The notes: a model not told the origin generated them from the letters alone. A stretch of 33,652 nucleotides of DNA from an uncultured Bacteriovoracaceae bacterium (GCA_964478745.1 CAYZKI010000001.1:1-33652); one strand, 5' to 3'; shown: positions 11,049 through 18,964, counted from the stretch's first letter. Made by a program: numbers and translations.

Positions 11049-11621
11049 TCAGGCGCTCACGATCGTGAACTCTCTCATCGCTCCGGGAACGGCCGCGAAG
11101 CGAAGCTCGGACTGACGAGCCGCCGCGGCTTTCGCGGGAGTCACGTTCGCCGGAACGCTCAGGCTCTCGGCAAGGACCTTTTCGACCCAACTCGCCCCGA
11201 CCATCTCGCTGACGGTCACGACGTCCCCGGCGAGCAGATGCTTGAGCTCCGGCGTGAGAAGTATCCGGGCCTCCCTGCGCGGGCCTTCGATGAAATGCCT
11301 TCGCGCGAGACCGATTCTCAGCTCGAGCTCCTTCAATTGAGCGAACGCCTCCTTGCGAGCGCGGAACAGCAGGAGCGTGAAGGCCTCCGGGCGGAGCTGA
11401 TCGGCCAGGCGCAGGGCCATTCTCGCTGAGCCGCGAAGGCCCTGCTCCTGCGGTGCCCGCCAGAGCACGAGGGCGCCCGAGAATGCCGGAGCCGGGGAGA
11501 AGTCGCAGATCGCCCCGCTGTCGTGAAGGCTCTCGAGGACCCCGGGTGTCATCGCCTCCACGGCAAGGCAGCCGAGGAGCGCGGACGGATGACTCAGGTT
11601 CTCTTTGAAGTAAGGATGCAT
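11049..11621 (-). CDS. Hypothetical protein (190 aa), downstream partner of the pilin-like gene
   Basis: Start trimmed to ATG 11621 (MHPYFKENLSH...), preceded by GGAGAAGAG. It lies 29 nt downstream of the pilin-like CDS on the same strand. I recognise no motif. Confidence 0.5.
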   Translation of the reverse strand: MHPYFKENLSHPSALLGCLAVEAMTPGVLESLHDSGAICDFSPAPAFSGALVLWRAPQEQGLRGSARMALRLADQLRPEAFTLLLFRARKEAFAQLKELELRIGLARRHFIEGPRREARILLTPELKHLLAGDVVTVSEMVGASWVEKVLAESLSVPANVTPAKAAAARQSELRFAAVPGAMREFTIVSA

Positions 11622-11650
11622 GACTCTTCTCCTTCGTGTCCCGCTGATGC

Positions 11651-12244
11651 TCAGCTCTTGCTTCCGAAAACGATGCACTGAGCGCCCGGCTTGTCGCCCT
11701 TCCATTCGCCGCCGAGCATTCTGCAGTTCGCCTCGGCGGTCATGAACCACCGGTCCGATCCGAAGCACTTCTCGATCTTGCCGGCCGGCGCGAGAAGGTA
11801 GATGTCGGCGATTCGGCTCTTCATCACCGGGGATCCCAGGACAAGGCGCTGATCCTTCAAACCCTCCAGGACGACGCTGACCCTGTAGGCGCCCGCCTGC
11901 CCGGGGATGGGCGCAACTTCTGTGAGAGCGATGTTCTGCAGGGTCCAGCCCGCAGGGTACCGCTTTCCCGCCTCGGCCAGCACGCGGCCGGCGTCGAGCG
12001 GGTCCCGAATCACGATCGACTTCGCCATGCTTTCGCCCAGCACCGAGGGCGTACAGCTGACCTCGTTGTCCAAGGCGCGGCGAACGGTCTCGACAACCTG
12101 ATCAAACTCGACGCGAATCGCGTGGTTTCTCTGGCCCTTCGTGCTCAGGACGAGCATGTCCGAAAGGGCTCCGAACATCAGCGAGATGATTCCAAGCGAA
12201 ACGATCGTTCCGATCATAGTGAAGCCGTCAGAATTCCTGATCAT
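11651..12244 (-). CDS. Prepilin-type N-terminal domain protein (type IV pilin / pseudopilin-like), atypical
   Basis: Start trimmed to ATG 12244, preceded by AAGGAG. The N-terminus MIRNSDG/FTMIGTIVSLGIISLMFGAL has the short basic leader, G-F junction and hydrophobic helix of class III signal peptides, but Gly replaces the usual Glu at +5. Confidence 0.6.
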   Translation of the reverse strand: MIRNSDGFTMIGTIVSLGIISLMFGALSDMLVLSTKGQRNHAIRVEFDQVVETVRRALDNEVSCTPSVLGESMAKSIVIRDPLDAGRVLAEAGKRYPAGWTLQNIALTEVAPIPGQAGAYRVSVVLEGLKDQRLVLGSPVMKSRIADIYLLAPAGKIEKCFGSDRWFMTAEANCRMLGGEWKGDKPGAQCIVFGSKS

Positions 12245-12399
12245 GTGGGGATCTCCTTGCTGCCGGGAGGTAGAGCAGCAGGCGGGCCAAGCAGGTCGCC
12301 GCGAAAACGCAGGCATTTTCGGGCTGGCGCAGGTCATGACCCGTGTCGGCGAGGACACGGTGTGGCCTGGAGGCTCGGGACCGGAATCTCCCGAAACCC

Positions 12400-13812
12400 C
12401 TAGGTCAGACTGACGTAGAAGCGGCAGTAGAGCGCTATCAGCAGCGCGAACACGATATTCAAGCCGGCTCCGGCCATCGCCATGGTGCGCATGCCGATCC
12501 AGCCCGTGCTGTAGGCGACCGCGTTCGGCGGCGTCGCCATGGGCATCATGAACGACAGCGACGCCGCGAAGGTAACGGCCGTGAGCAGCACGGCGCTCTC
12601 GATGCCCAGCGGCCCGGCCAGCGGCGCGAGGATCGGGACGAAGGTCGCCACGGTCGAAGTGTTCGACGTGAACTCCGTGATCAGGATCATCATCGCCGTG
12701 ACCGCGAGAAGGAGCAAGAAAGGCGGCTGAGCGCCCAGGGCGCCCACCGAGCCCGAGATCCAGGCGCCGAGCTTCGAGGCCTGGATCGCGTCCGAGAGCG
12801 CGAGCCCGCCGCCGAAGAGGATCAGGATGCCCCAACGGATCCGGAGCAGGTCGCGTGGCTTGAGCAGCCCGACCGCGAGAAACAGCGCGCCCCCGGCGAG
12901 AGCGACGGACATGTCGCTGAGCCCTGGCAACTTCACGAGCGGGCCGACGATCCAGGCAACGAGCATCAGGACGAAGATCCGGAGCACCTTCTTCTGGTCG
13001 GCGCTGAGCGCGCGGTCCGAGCGCAGCAGCGGCCCGAGGTCCGTTTCGCGCGCCTCGCGCGGGACGCGGAAGAAGACGCACAGATACTTCCAGCAGAGCG
13101 CCGTTCCGAGCAAGAACAGCGGAACTCCCCAACACATCCATTTCGTGAAGCTGACCTCGCGCGCGAGCGTGCGCTCGAGATAGGCCACGAGGATCGCGTT
13201 CGTCGGGCTGCCGATGATGGTCGCGACGCCGCCGATCGACGCCGCGTACGCCACGCCGAGCACCAGCGCGGCCGAGAAGTCCCGTTCAGGCGCAGAGCCG
13301 GATTCCTGTTTCACGATCGAGCGCGCGATCGGGATCATGATCAGCGCCGCGGCCGTGTTCGAGATCCACCAGGAAATGAAGCCCGTCACGCCCATGAAGC
13401 CCAGGAGCAGCCGGTCCGGGCGCGGGCCCACGCGGCTCAGCACGTGGATGGCTATCCAGCGGTGAAGCGAAGTCTTCTCGATCGCTTCCGCGAGAAGGAA
13501 ACCGCCGAGGAAGAGGAAGATCACCTCGGAGCCGTAGGGCCTCGCCGCCTGGACGGGAGACAGGACTCCCAGGAGAGGGAAAAGGACCAACGGAAGAAGC
13601 GACGTCCACCAGAGCGGCACGACCTCGAGAAGCCACCAGCTCACCATCCAGCCCAGCACGGCTACCGTGCGGATCGCCTCTCGCGAGGGCCATCCCTCGA
13701 GTGAAGCGTCGGGAAGAAACGAGACCCCGAGCAGGATCGCGAAGATCGCCGGGCCCGGCAGCGCGGCCAGGACTCGAAACGGCGGCCGGTCTCTGCCTTC
13801 GTCCGGGGTCAT
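12400..13812 (-). CDS. DASS/SLC13-family anion:sodium symporter (CitT/sulfate-dicarboxylate type permease)
   Basis: 470-aa polytopic membrane protein. Blocks LWWTSLLPLVLFPLLGV, FLGGFLLAEAIEKT, SNTAAALIMIPIA and SNTSTVATFVPI match the duplicated hairpin motifs of SLC13/DASS transporters. Confidence 0.85.
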   Translation of the reverse strand: MTPDEGRDRPPFRVLAALPGPAIFAILLGVSFLPDASLEGWPSREAIRTVAVLGWMVSWWLLEVVPLWWTSLLPLVLFPLLGVLSPVQAARPYGSEVIFLFLGGFLLAEAIEKTSLHRWIAIHVLSRVGPRPDRLLLGFMGVTGFISWWISNTAAALIMIPIARSIVKQESGSAPERDFSAALVLGVAYAASIGGVATIIGSPTNAILVAYLERTLAREVSFTKWMCWGVPLFLLGTALCWKYLCVFFRVPREARETDLGPLLRSDRALSADQKKVLRIFVLMLVAWIVGPLVKLPGLSDMSVALAGGALFLAVGLLKPRDLLRIRWGILILFGGGLALSDAIQASKLGAWISGSVGALGAQPPFLLLLAVTAMMILITEFTSNTSTVATFVPILAPLAGPLGIESAVLLTAVTFAASLSFMMPMATPPNAVAYSTGWIGMRTMAMAGAGLNIVFALLIALYCRFYVSLT

Positions 13813-13884
13813 CGTCCGCGATTATGTCGGTCGTTTTGCCGGTTCGCAATGCGCGCGCCGCCGTGGTAATCCGAAGCTTCAACT

Positions 13885-14490
13885 ATGACGCTCACCCTTC
13901 CTCAGGGCCCTTTCGCCGCCTATCTTTTCGATCTCGACGGAACGCTCGCCGACACCATGCCGCTTCACTTCGTGGCCTGGAACCGGGTGCTCGCCGAGCA
14001 CGGCACGAGCTTCCCCGAAGAGCTCTTCTACGCCTGGGCGGGAACCCCCACGCGGAGGATCGTCGAGATGCTGAACGGGAAGTTCGGACTGGCGATGCCG
14101 CCCGAGGAAGTCACGACGAGGAAGGAGCACGCCTTCTTCGAGCTGCTCCCGACCGTTCGCCCGATCCCGGAGGTCCTTGAGCACTTCAGCGATCAGAAGG
14201 GAAAGATCCCATTCGCGGTCGTTTCGGGCGGGACGCGCGAAGCCGTCGTCCGGACTCTTCGCGGAATGGGCCTGTATGAATCGTTCCAGGCCATCGTGGC
14301 GGCCGAGGACACGCCCCGGGGAAAGCCGGACCCCGCGCCGTTCCTGCTCGCGGCGAGCCGGCTCGGCGTGGAGCCTTCGGACTGCCTGGTTTTCGAGGAC
14401 GCGGATCTCGGCATCGAGTCCGCGCGGGCGGCGGGAATGAAGTGGGTTCGCGTCGCGCGCGAGCGGAACGCGAACCCGATCAGCGGCTGA
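13885..14490 (+). CDS. HAD-superfamily hydrolase (subfamily IA, beta-phosphoglucomutase-like)
   Basis: Motif I DLDGTLADT, motif II VVSGGT, motif III PRGKPDPAPF and motif IV VFEDADLGIESARAAGM. Confidence 0.85.
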   Translation: MTLTLPQGPFAAYLFDLDGTLADTMPLHFVAWNRVLAEHGTSFPEELFYAWAGTPTRRIVEMLNGKFGLAMPPEEVTTRKEHAFFELLPTVRPIPEVLEHFSDQKGKIPFAVVSGGTREAVVRTLRGMGLYESFQAIVAAEDTPRGKPDPAPFLLAASRLGVEPSDCLVFEDADLGIESARAAGMKWVRVARERNANPISG

Positions 14491-14493
14491 GCC

Positions 14494-14868
14494 TTAGAAC
14501 GTCGACATGCGGCGTTCGCACTCGATGCGCACGCCGTTGAATTTCGTGACCGGCAGGAGCTGAGCCTCGACCGCGTCCTGGAGTGCGTGCTTGCTCATGC
14601 GCACGTGCGAGGGCGGGTTGGCCTTGACCGAGATCAACGTCATCTCGAGGTTGCGGAGTACCGTCGGCTTGCTGGCCTTGAGATAATTCTTGTTCACGAG
14701 AGGGCGGATGAGCTTCGCGGCGTTGCGCGAGGCTTGATCGCCGATCACGATCATGTACGAGCCATCGACCACGCTTCCCCCCTGGTTCCAGCAGTTCGGG
14801 ACGATGCCGTCGGCGAACGCGGAGACAGGAAGGAACGAAAGGACCAGGGACGCGAAAAGAGTCTTCAT
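14494..14868 (-). CDS. Small secreted two-cysteine protein, paralog 1 (unknown family)
   Basis: 124 aa with a Sec-type signal MKTLFASLVLSFLPVSAFA and GAGGT upstream of the ATG. The mature part aligns along its whole length with the 15201-15572 product. Confidence 0.65.
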   Translation of the reverse strand: MKTLFASLVLSFLPVSAFADGIVPNCWNQGGSVVDGSYMIVIGDQASRNAAKLIRPLVNKNYLKASKPTVLRNLEMTLISVKANPPSHVRMSKHALQDAVEAQLLPVTKFNGVRIECERRMSTF

Positions 14869-14921
14869 GGGGACCTCGATTTCATGTGGGGTGATTGGAG
14901 TCGAGATCGGCCTATCAGGAT

Positions 14922-14938
14922 TTGACGCAATACGTCAA
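14922..14938. promoter_or_regulatory. 17-bp palindrome TTGACGCAATACGTCAA between paralog 1 and tRNA-Ser
   Basis: Perfect 6-bp arms (TTGACG/CGTCAA) with a 5-nt spacer, 54-70 nt upstream of the paralog 1 start. Each arm is also -35-like on its own strand. A TTGACG hexamer recurs upstream of paralog 2. Confidence 0.25.
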
Positions 14939-15027
14939 CAAGAACGAAACAAGCGTGGTCGCGGAAACCAGCGAAGCCCCTGCCATTTTCTGCCGATCCT
15001 GCTAAAACATCAGAGTCCTGCCGACGC

Positions 15028-15117
15028 GGAGAGGTGGCTGAGTGGCCGATAGCGCCGGTCTTGAAAACCGGAGTCCGGGCAACCGGACCGTGAGTTCGAA
15101 TCTCACCCTCTCCGCCA
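15028..15117 (+). tRNA. tRNA-Ser (anticodon UGA), class II with long variable arm, CCA encoded
   Basis: By hand it folds as: acceptor GGAGAGG/CCTCTCC, 3-bp D stem GCT/AGC, anticodon stem CCGGT/ACCGG with loop CTTGAAA, variable arm TCCGG-GCAA-CCGGA, T arm GTGAG-TTCGAAT-CTCAC, discriminator G and CCA. Confidence 0.95.
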
Positions 15118-15163
15118 CTTCTTGACCCCGTTTACATTCCAAAACAGAGTTTGATGGCGCGCA

Positions 15164-15193
15164 TTGACGCCGCGCATTCATCTCTCGTATCAC
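15164..15193 (+). promoter_or_regulatory. Candidate sigma70-type promoter (TTGACG-N18-TATCAC) positioned for a leaderless paralog 2 mRNA
   Basis: The -10-like hexamer ends 7 nt before the A of the ATG at 15201. No Shine-Dalgarno sequence precedes that ATG (cacccggcccATG). Confidence 0.3.
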
Positions 15194-15200
15194 CCGGCCC

Positions 15201-15572
15201 ATGAAAAACATGGCGATGTACTTGGCGATGAGTCTTTGGTCCTTGTCCGCGGTTGCCGATGGAACCGTTCCGGATTGCTTCAATCGTGCGGGCTACGCCC
15301 ATGGAAGGTACGCGATCGCGATCAACGGCGACCATGCTCCTCGCGGTACCCTTGGCCGGGTCGAGGATGAGATCGCCCGCGGAGCGCTCAAGAAAAGCGG
15401 CGGACCCGTCATGTTTTCGAAGAGTTTCCTTCTTTTCGCGGATGCGGTCCGACCGGCGGGCGCGCGCTTGACCGACAAGGAGCTTCAGGACGCCGCCGAA
15501 AGCCAGCTCCTTCAGCTCACCAAGATCAACGGCGTCGAGGTGAGGTGCGTGGCCATCCGTCGCCCGTTCTGA
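15201..15572 (+). CDS. Small secreted two-cysteine protein, paralog 2 (unknown family)
   Basis: 123 aa with signal MKNMAMYLAMSLWSLSAVA. It shares with paralog 1 the blocks ADGxVPxC(W/F)N, GxY.I.I, GD.A.R and LQDA.E.QLL..TK.NGV...C.....F. Confidence 0.65.
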   Translation: MKNMAMYLAMSLWSLSAVADGTVPDCFNRAGYAHGRYAIAINGDHAPRGTLGRVEDEIARGALKKSGGPVMFSKSFLLFADAVRPAGARLTDKELQDAAESQLLQLTKINGVEVRCVAIRRPF

Positions 15573-15590
15573 GGCGCAAGCTCAGAACGG
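15564..15590. terminator. Perfect 10-bp inverted repeat (CCGTTCTGAG-N7-CTCAGAACGG) spanning two convergent stop codons
   Basis: The arms contain the last codons (Pro-Phe-stop) of both the 15201-15572 and 15582-16148 genes. The hairpin could act in both directions. There is no U-tract on either side. Confidence 0.45.
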
Positions 15591-16148
15591 CAGCGCGCCG
15601 ATTCCGCGGTCGTACAGATAGCGGAAGGTGTCGGCGTTCTTCTCCCAGTCCGGCTGAGTGAACGGGTCTCCGGTGGGGAGATCGTGGTTGTAGAATTTGT
15701 CGTCCGCGCCGCAGGTGTGCGACATCTCGTGGATCTGGATCCCGACGTCCCCGATCGCGTACGGGCAGTACCAGATCCTGCTCGAGTTCCATCGCCAGAA
15801 CCCGAGCGGGATGTACCGCGCGTGCGCCGCTAGCTCCTCACACTTGCTGTTCGACGGTTCGTAGCAGGTGTAGCTGAACTTGCCGGTGTCGAGCTTCTTC
15901 TTCATGCAGCTCATGCGCTTCTCGATCTTCCTGATCTTCGAGTAGTTCGTGGATTTCTTCTTCGCCGGGTCGCCTAGATAGGTTCTCAGCAGAGGTAGGG
16001 CATTCTCGATGAAGACCTTCGCGTCCGCCTCGGCGAACTCGATGTCGCGCTGCTGGTACTCCGAGCAGTTCTTGAAATCGCGCGCATGCGCGACGGACTG
16101 TCCGAACCCCAGAGACCAAGCCAGAACGGCGAAAAACCCAGCTCTCAT
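15582..16148 (-). CDS. Small secreted HExxH zinc-metallopeptidase-like protein (aspzincin-like motif)
   Basis: 188 aa with signal MRAGFFAVLAWSLGFGQSVAHA. It has HEMSH (codons at 15731-15717) followed by GADDKFY, which resembles the aspzincin GTxDxxYG block. There are 6 Cys. GAGGTG lies upstream of the ATG. Confidence 0.6.
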   Translation of the reverse strand: MRAGFFAVLAWSLGFGQSVAHARDFKNCSEYQQRDIEFAEADAKVFIENALPLLRTYLGDPAKKKSTNYSKIRKIEKRMSCMKKKLDTGKFSYTCYEPSNSKCEELAAHARYIPLGFWRWNSSRIWYCPYAIGDVGIQIHEMSHTCGADDKFYNHDLPTGDPFTQPDWEKNADTFRYLYDRGIGALPF

Positions 16149-16170
16149 ATCCCACCTCGATCCGAGGCTG

Positions 16171-16199
16171 GTTCATCACGCGCCGCGTTATCTTGTCAA
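16171..16199 (-). promoter_or_regulatory. Possible promoter of the HExxH gene (perfect -35 TTGACA, weak -10)
   Basis: The minus strand reads TTGACA (16199-16194), then a 17-nt spacer, then ATGAAC. The element overlaps the stop of the upstream TfoX_N-like gene. Confidence 0.25.
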
Positions 16200-16651
16200 G
16201 GCTCAAAGTCCCGTTTCTTCGGGCGTTTTGCCTTCGAAGCCTTGGGGACCCGGCCGATTCGGGGGTCCCGGGCCACGATCAGGGCGCACACCCGTTCGGC
16301 CGCGGCTTCGAAATCATCCGAATCCGAAGGAAGGTGCTGCCAGTGGGTGGGCTCGGGCCCAAAACGGGTCAGGGATCTCAGGCTCGGAAGCTCCTCGCGC
16401 AGGCTGTCGTGGTGCTCGAAGAAAGTGGCCACGCTGACGCCGTTGTCCTCGGGCCATTCCTCGCGGTCCCGGAGCAGCAGCACGATCTTGTCGTCCACGT
16501 AGACCGCGGTGCAGCCGAAGAACGGCTTCGTGTACGCGCCCGCGGGCTCGAGAAGCTCGAGCACGAACGCGAACGGGATCGGCGCCTTGATCGCAGGGGC
16601 CCTGGGCTTGCGGGCGCGGGCCTTCTTCGGGGGCTTCTTCTTCCGCGCCAT
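16196..16651 (-). CDS. TfoX_N-like domain protein with Lys/Arg/Pro-rich tails at both ends
   Basis: 151 aa. The core FVLELLEPAGAYTKPFFGCTAVYVDDKIVLLLRD...WQHLPSDSDDFEAAAERV fits the TfoX N-terminal domain pattern (..MFGg.g.Y.dg..f..v.d). The tails are MARKKKPPKKARARKPRAP and KASKAKRPKKR. GAGGA lies upstream of the ATG. Confidence 0.5.
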   Translation of the reverse strand: MARKKKPPKKARARKPRAPAIKAPIPFAFVLELLEPAGAYTKPFFGCTAVYVDDKIVLLLRDREEWPEDNGVSVATFFEHHDSLREELPSLRSLTRFGPEPTHWQHLPSDSDDFEAAAERVCALIVARDPRIGRVPKASKAKRPKKRDFEP

Positions 16652-16658
16652 CGGATCC

Positions 16659-17537
16659 TCAGCGGGCCTGGGTCAGAAGGAACTGGCCGAACGCCAAGAG
16701 CTTCTGACGGGTTTGCCTGCAGTACGCGCGTCCGGCGAAGGACGCGAGCCTGGCCTGGCTGTCGTACTGGGTGAACGACGGGACGAGCAGGACTTCCCTG
16801 CACGAGGCGGATGACTGATCCCCGAGCGCGCGTTCGATCGGCGTCCTGAACTGCGCCGTCGAGAAGTGGATCGCGGCTTCATAGGGATCGTCTCCCGCGT
16901 ACGGCGGGGTGAAGCCGTCCAGGCGGATGGCCGGCATGGCTTTACCCGCGGAATCGCGCGAGTCCTCCCAGAGGACGGCGTCCGGGACGAGGAGCACCCT
17001 TCCCGACTGCGAGAGGACGCGGGCCTCGATCATGAATGCGCGCATCTCCGACTTGTCGAGCGTCTCGAGCATCCCCTTCAGCTCGCCGCTTCGAAGCGCG
17101 ATGCGCCCCTGGAAACCGTACGGATCGGCTCTTCCCTTGCGGGCGCGGGCGCTCTCCTGGATCTTCCGGTCGTAGTCGTCGGACGCGGGATCGAGCTGGT
17201 CGGACGCCGTCCAGGCCATGCCGCTCATGCTTTTGAGAGTGGAGCGCTCCGCCCAGCTGAAGACGGGATCGCCCTTGCGACGATGCTCCTCCGACGCCCT
17301 CTCCGCGTCGGGGACCGGGCTTGCGGAGGTCTCCGGCGGGGGCGGCGCTCCGGGTGGCTGCTCCGCAGGCGGAGCGGCGGCAGGCGTGACAGGTGCCGCG
17401 GGCGCGCTCGCGGGAGCTTCGCCCTCCGCGGCCTCGTCCTCCGGCAGGAGCTTCGGCAGCTCCTGGGGCGGCCGCATGAGCCGGAGCGCGAACGCCACGA
17501 CGATCATCACCAGCACCGCAACGAGGAATCTCTTCAC
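16659..17537 (-). CDS. N-terminally membrane-anchored protein with Pro/Ala-rich linker and unknown ~200-aa C-terminal domain
   Basis: 292 aa with a GTG start. Order: TM anchor MKRFLVAVLVMIVVAFALRL, then the linker PAPVTPAAAPPAEQPPGAPPPP, then a globular region with no motif I recognise. It lies 7 nt from both flanking genes. Confidence 0.6.
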   Translation of the reverse strand: MKRFLVAVLVMIVVAFALRLMRPPQELPKLLPEDEAAEGEAPASAPAAPVTPAAAPPAEQPPGAPPPPETSASPVPDAERASEEHRRKGDPVFSWAERSTLKSMSGMAWTASDQLDPASDDYDRKIQESARARKGRADPYGFQGRIALRSGELKGMLETLDKSEMRAFMIEARVLSQSGRVLLVPDAVLWEDSRDSAGKAMPAIRLDGFTPPYAGDDPYEAAIHFSTAQFRTPIERALGDQSSASCREVLLVPSFTQYDSQARLASFAGRAYCRQTRQKLLAFGQFLLTQAR

Positions 17538-17544
17538 CGCCGAT

Positions 17545-18360
17545 CTATCCTTTCTTCAGCTCCGCCGCGAAGAACGGCGAATGCCTCGCCAGCTCGCGCA
17601 TGTACCCCCGCACGTCCTCCTTCGAGGAGGCGGGCAGCGAGGCATAGGGCCAGATATGCTCCTCCGGCACGTAACGGAAGGTGAAATTCAGCCGCCGCGT
17701 CTCGAAATTCTCGACGTTGATCGGGAACAAGTGCCCCCCGCGCGTATCGACCCGCTGGACGCGGTGGAAGTAGCGGCTTTTCCAGACCGGGCCGCCGAAA
17801 ATCTGCAGCGAGCCGTCGTCGAGCCACTGCTCCAGGATCACCTTGGCTTTCTCGCCGGGCTTCTGGCTCGCCACGAACTGGAACATCGCGCGCTCGCCGA
17901 GCGACACCGAGGCAACGGGGCCCGGCTCGAAGTCCTTGTGGTCGCCCACTCTCGCCGTGTCGATCCTCTTTCCGCCCTCGATCTTGCTGCCGTAGAAGTT
18001 CACGAGGCAGGTGTTCAGCTTCCACTTCGGCGGAAGGTCCCGGCCGTGGAACATCTTCCTGGCGATGGCTTCGATCTGCTTCACCATCCGCGCGAGCACG
18101 GGCGGAAAAGGCTCGGCCCGCACGCAGCGGTGCTTGGTGCCCTTGGGCGGGCAGTAATAGTTCAGGCACGCGAACTGCCAGTTGCCGAGCCAGTAGACCG
18201 GGCGGAGGAGCTGGCGCTGCTTCTCGCCCTCCGGCGGCGGGTTGTTCTTCGAGTAGCGCTCTTCCCAGATCGGGTAGGTTCTCGCGAGCCACGCCAGGAT
18301 CTCGGCGCGATCCTTCGGCGATACGAACCCGCGTCGGTAGAGCATTCCCGGGGTGGCCAT
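17545..18360 (-). CDS. AlkB-like Fe(II)/2-oxoglutarate-dependent dioxygenase
   Basis: The sequence GDHKDFEPGPVASVSLGERAMFQF...GGPVWKSRYFHRV...RRLNFTFR reproduces the AlkB HxD...H facial triad and the RxNLTFR 2OG-binding block. Confidence 0.8.
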   Translation of the reverse strand: MATPGMLYRRGFVSPKDRAEILAWLARTYPIWEERYSKNNPPPEGEKQRQLLRPVYWLGNWQFACLNYYCPPKGTKHRCVRAEPFPPVLARMVKQIEAIARKMFHGRDLPPKWKLNTCLVNFYGSKIEGGKRIDTARVGDHKDFEPGPVASVSLGERAMFQFVASQKPGEKAKVILEQWLDDGSLQIFGGPVWKSRYFHRVQRVDTRGGHLFPINVENFETRRLNFTFRYVPEEHIWPYASLPASSKEDVRGYMRELARHSPFFAAELKKG

Positions 18361-18364
18361 GCGC

Positions 18365-18964
18365 TCAGAGCCCCTGTTGTCGCCTGAGCACTTCGGTCTG
18401 GAGGGTCATCGCCGGGGTGCGTTCGCGGTCTCGATAGAGCGCGAGCCACTCGGAGACCTCGGCGTCGGTGGCTACGTCGTCGTCGGTCATGATCGTGAGG
18501 ATCTGCGTGAGTGCCGTGGCCTTCGCGCGCCGCTCAAGCGAGTACCAGGCCGAGTCGTTGATCTCGGCGCGGAGCACGCGTACCGCCTGGCTCACCTCCA
18601 CCTTGCTGTGCGGAGCGACGGCCGAAGCGGAGACGATTCCCTCGTTCACGGTCAGGAGGTCGGAGGCCAGGCCGCGCGAGGCGCTGTCCATTTGAGCCAG
18701 CCCGTAGGCGCCGAGGGGCGTCGAGACGACGAAGAGCGCCGCGAGCGCGCGGTGCACGGCCTTCGCCCCGGGGCGCAGGGCGTACGGCATCGCCGCGAAG
18801 GGGCCGAGCACCACGTTCGCCCCGATCCACAGGCCCTTCGATCTTCTCGAAAGATCCTCGCGCCTCGAGACGTCGGCGATCACCATTCCGGGGAAGAGCA
18901 GGAACGTGACGATCACGCAGACGATGCCCAGAAGGAGAAGGATCAGGGTGACGACGGGGCTCAT
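18365..18964 (-). CDS. Membrane protein with PLDc_N-like short N-terminal domain and unknown C-terminal domain
   Basis: Start trimmed to ATG 18964, which shares one base with the upstream stop (TGATGA). It has a TM segment MSPVVTLILLLLGIVCVIVTFLLF, then RRSKGLWIGANVVLGPFAAMPYALRPG (PLDc_N-like), a second TM segment, and a soluble tail of about 100 aa. Confidence 0.5.
   Translation of the reverse strand: MSPVVTLILLLLGIVCVIVTFLLFPGMVIADVSRREDLSRRSKGLWIGANVVLGPFAAMPYALRPGAKAVHRALAALFVVSTPLGAYGLAQMDSASRGLASDLLTVNEGIVSASAVAPHSKVEVSQAVRVLRAEINDSAWYSLERRAKATALTQILTIMTDDDVATDAEVSEWLALYRDRERTPAMTLQTEVLRRQQGL

Noticed and set aside
12245-12399. Three short hairpins (TCGGGA/TCCCGA, CCGTGTC/GACACGG, CGAAAA/TTTTCG) between the DASS transporter and the pilin-like gene, considered as a riboswitch or terminator set.
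   Set aside because: The stems are 6-7 bp, lack U-tracts and match no motif I know. Such dyads are common in GC-rich intergenic DNA.
15002-15283. 93-aa minus-strand ORF and other small ORFs (14753-15052, 15132-15335) across the tRNA-Ser region.
   Set aside because: They overlap a tRNA that folds perfectly and the promoter regions of the paralogs. They have no SD and no plausible protein features.
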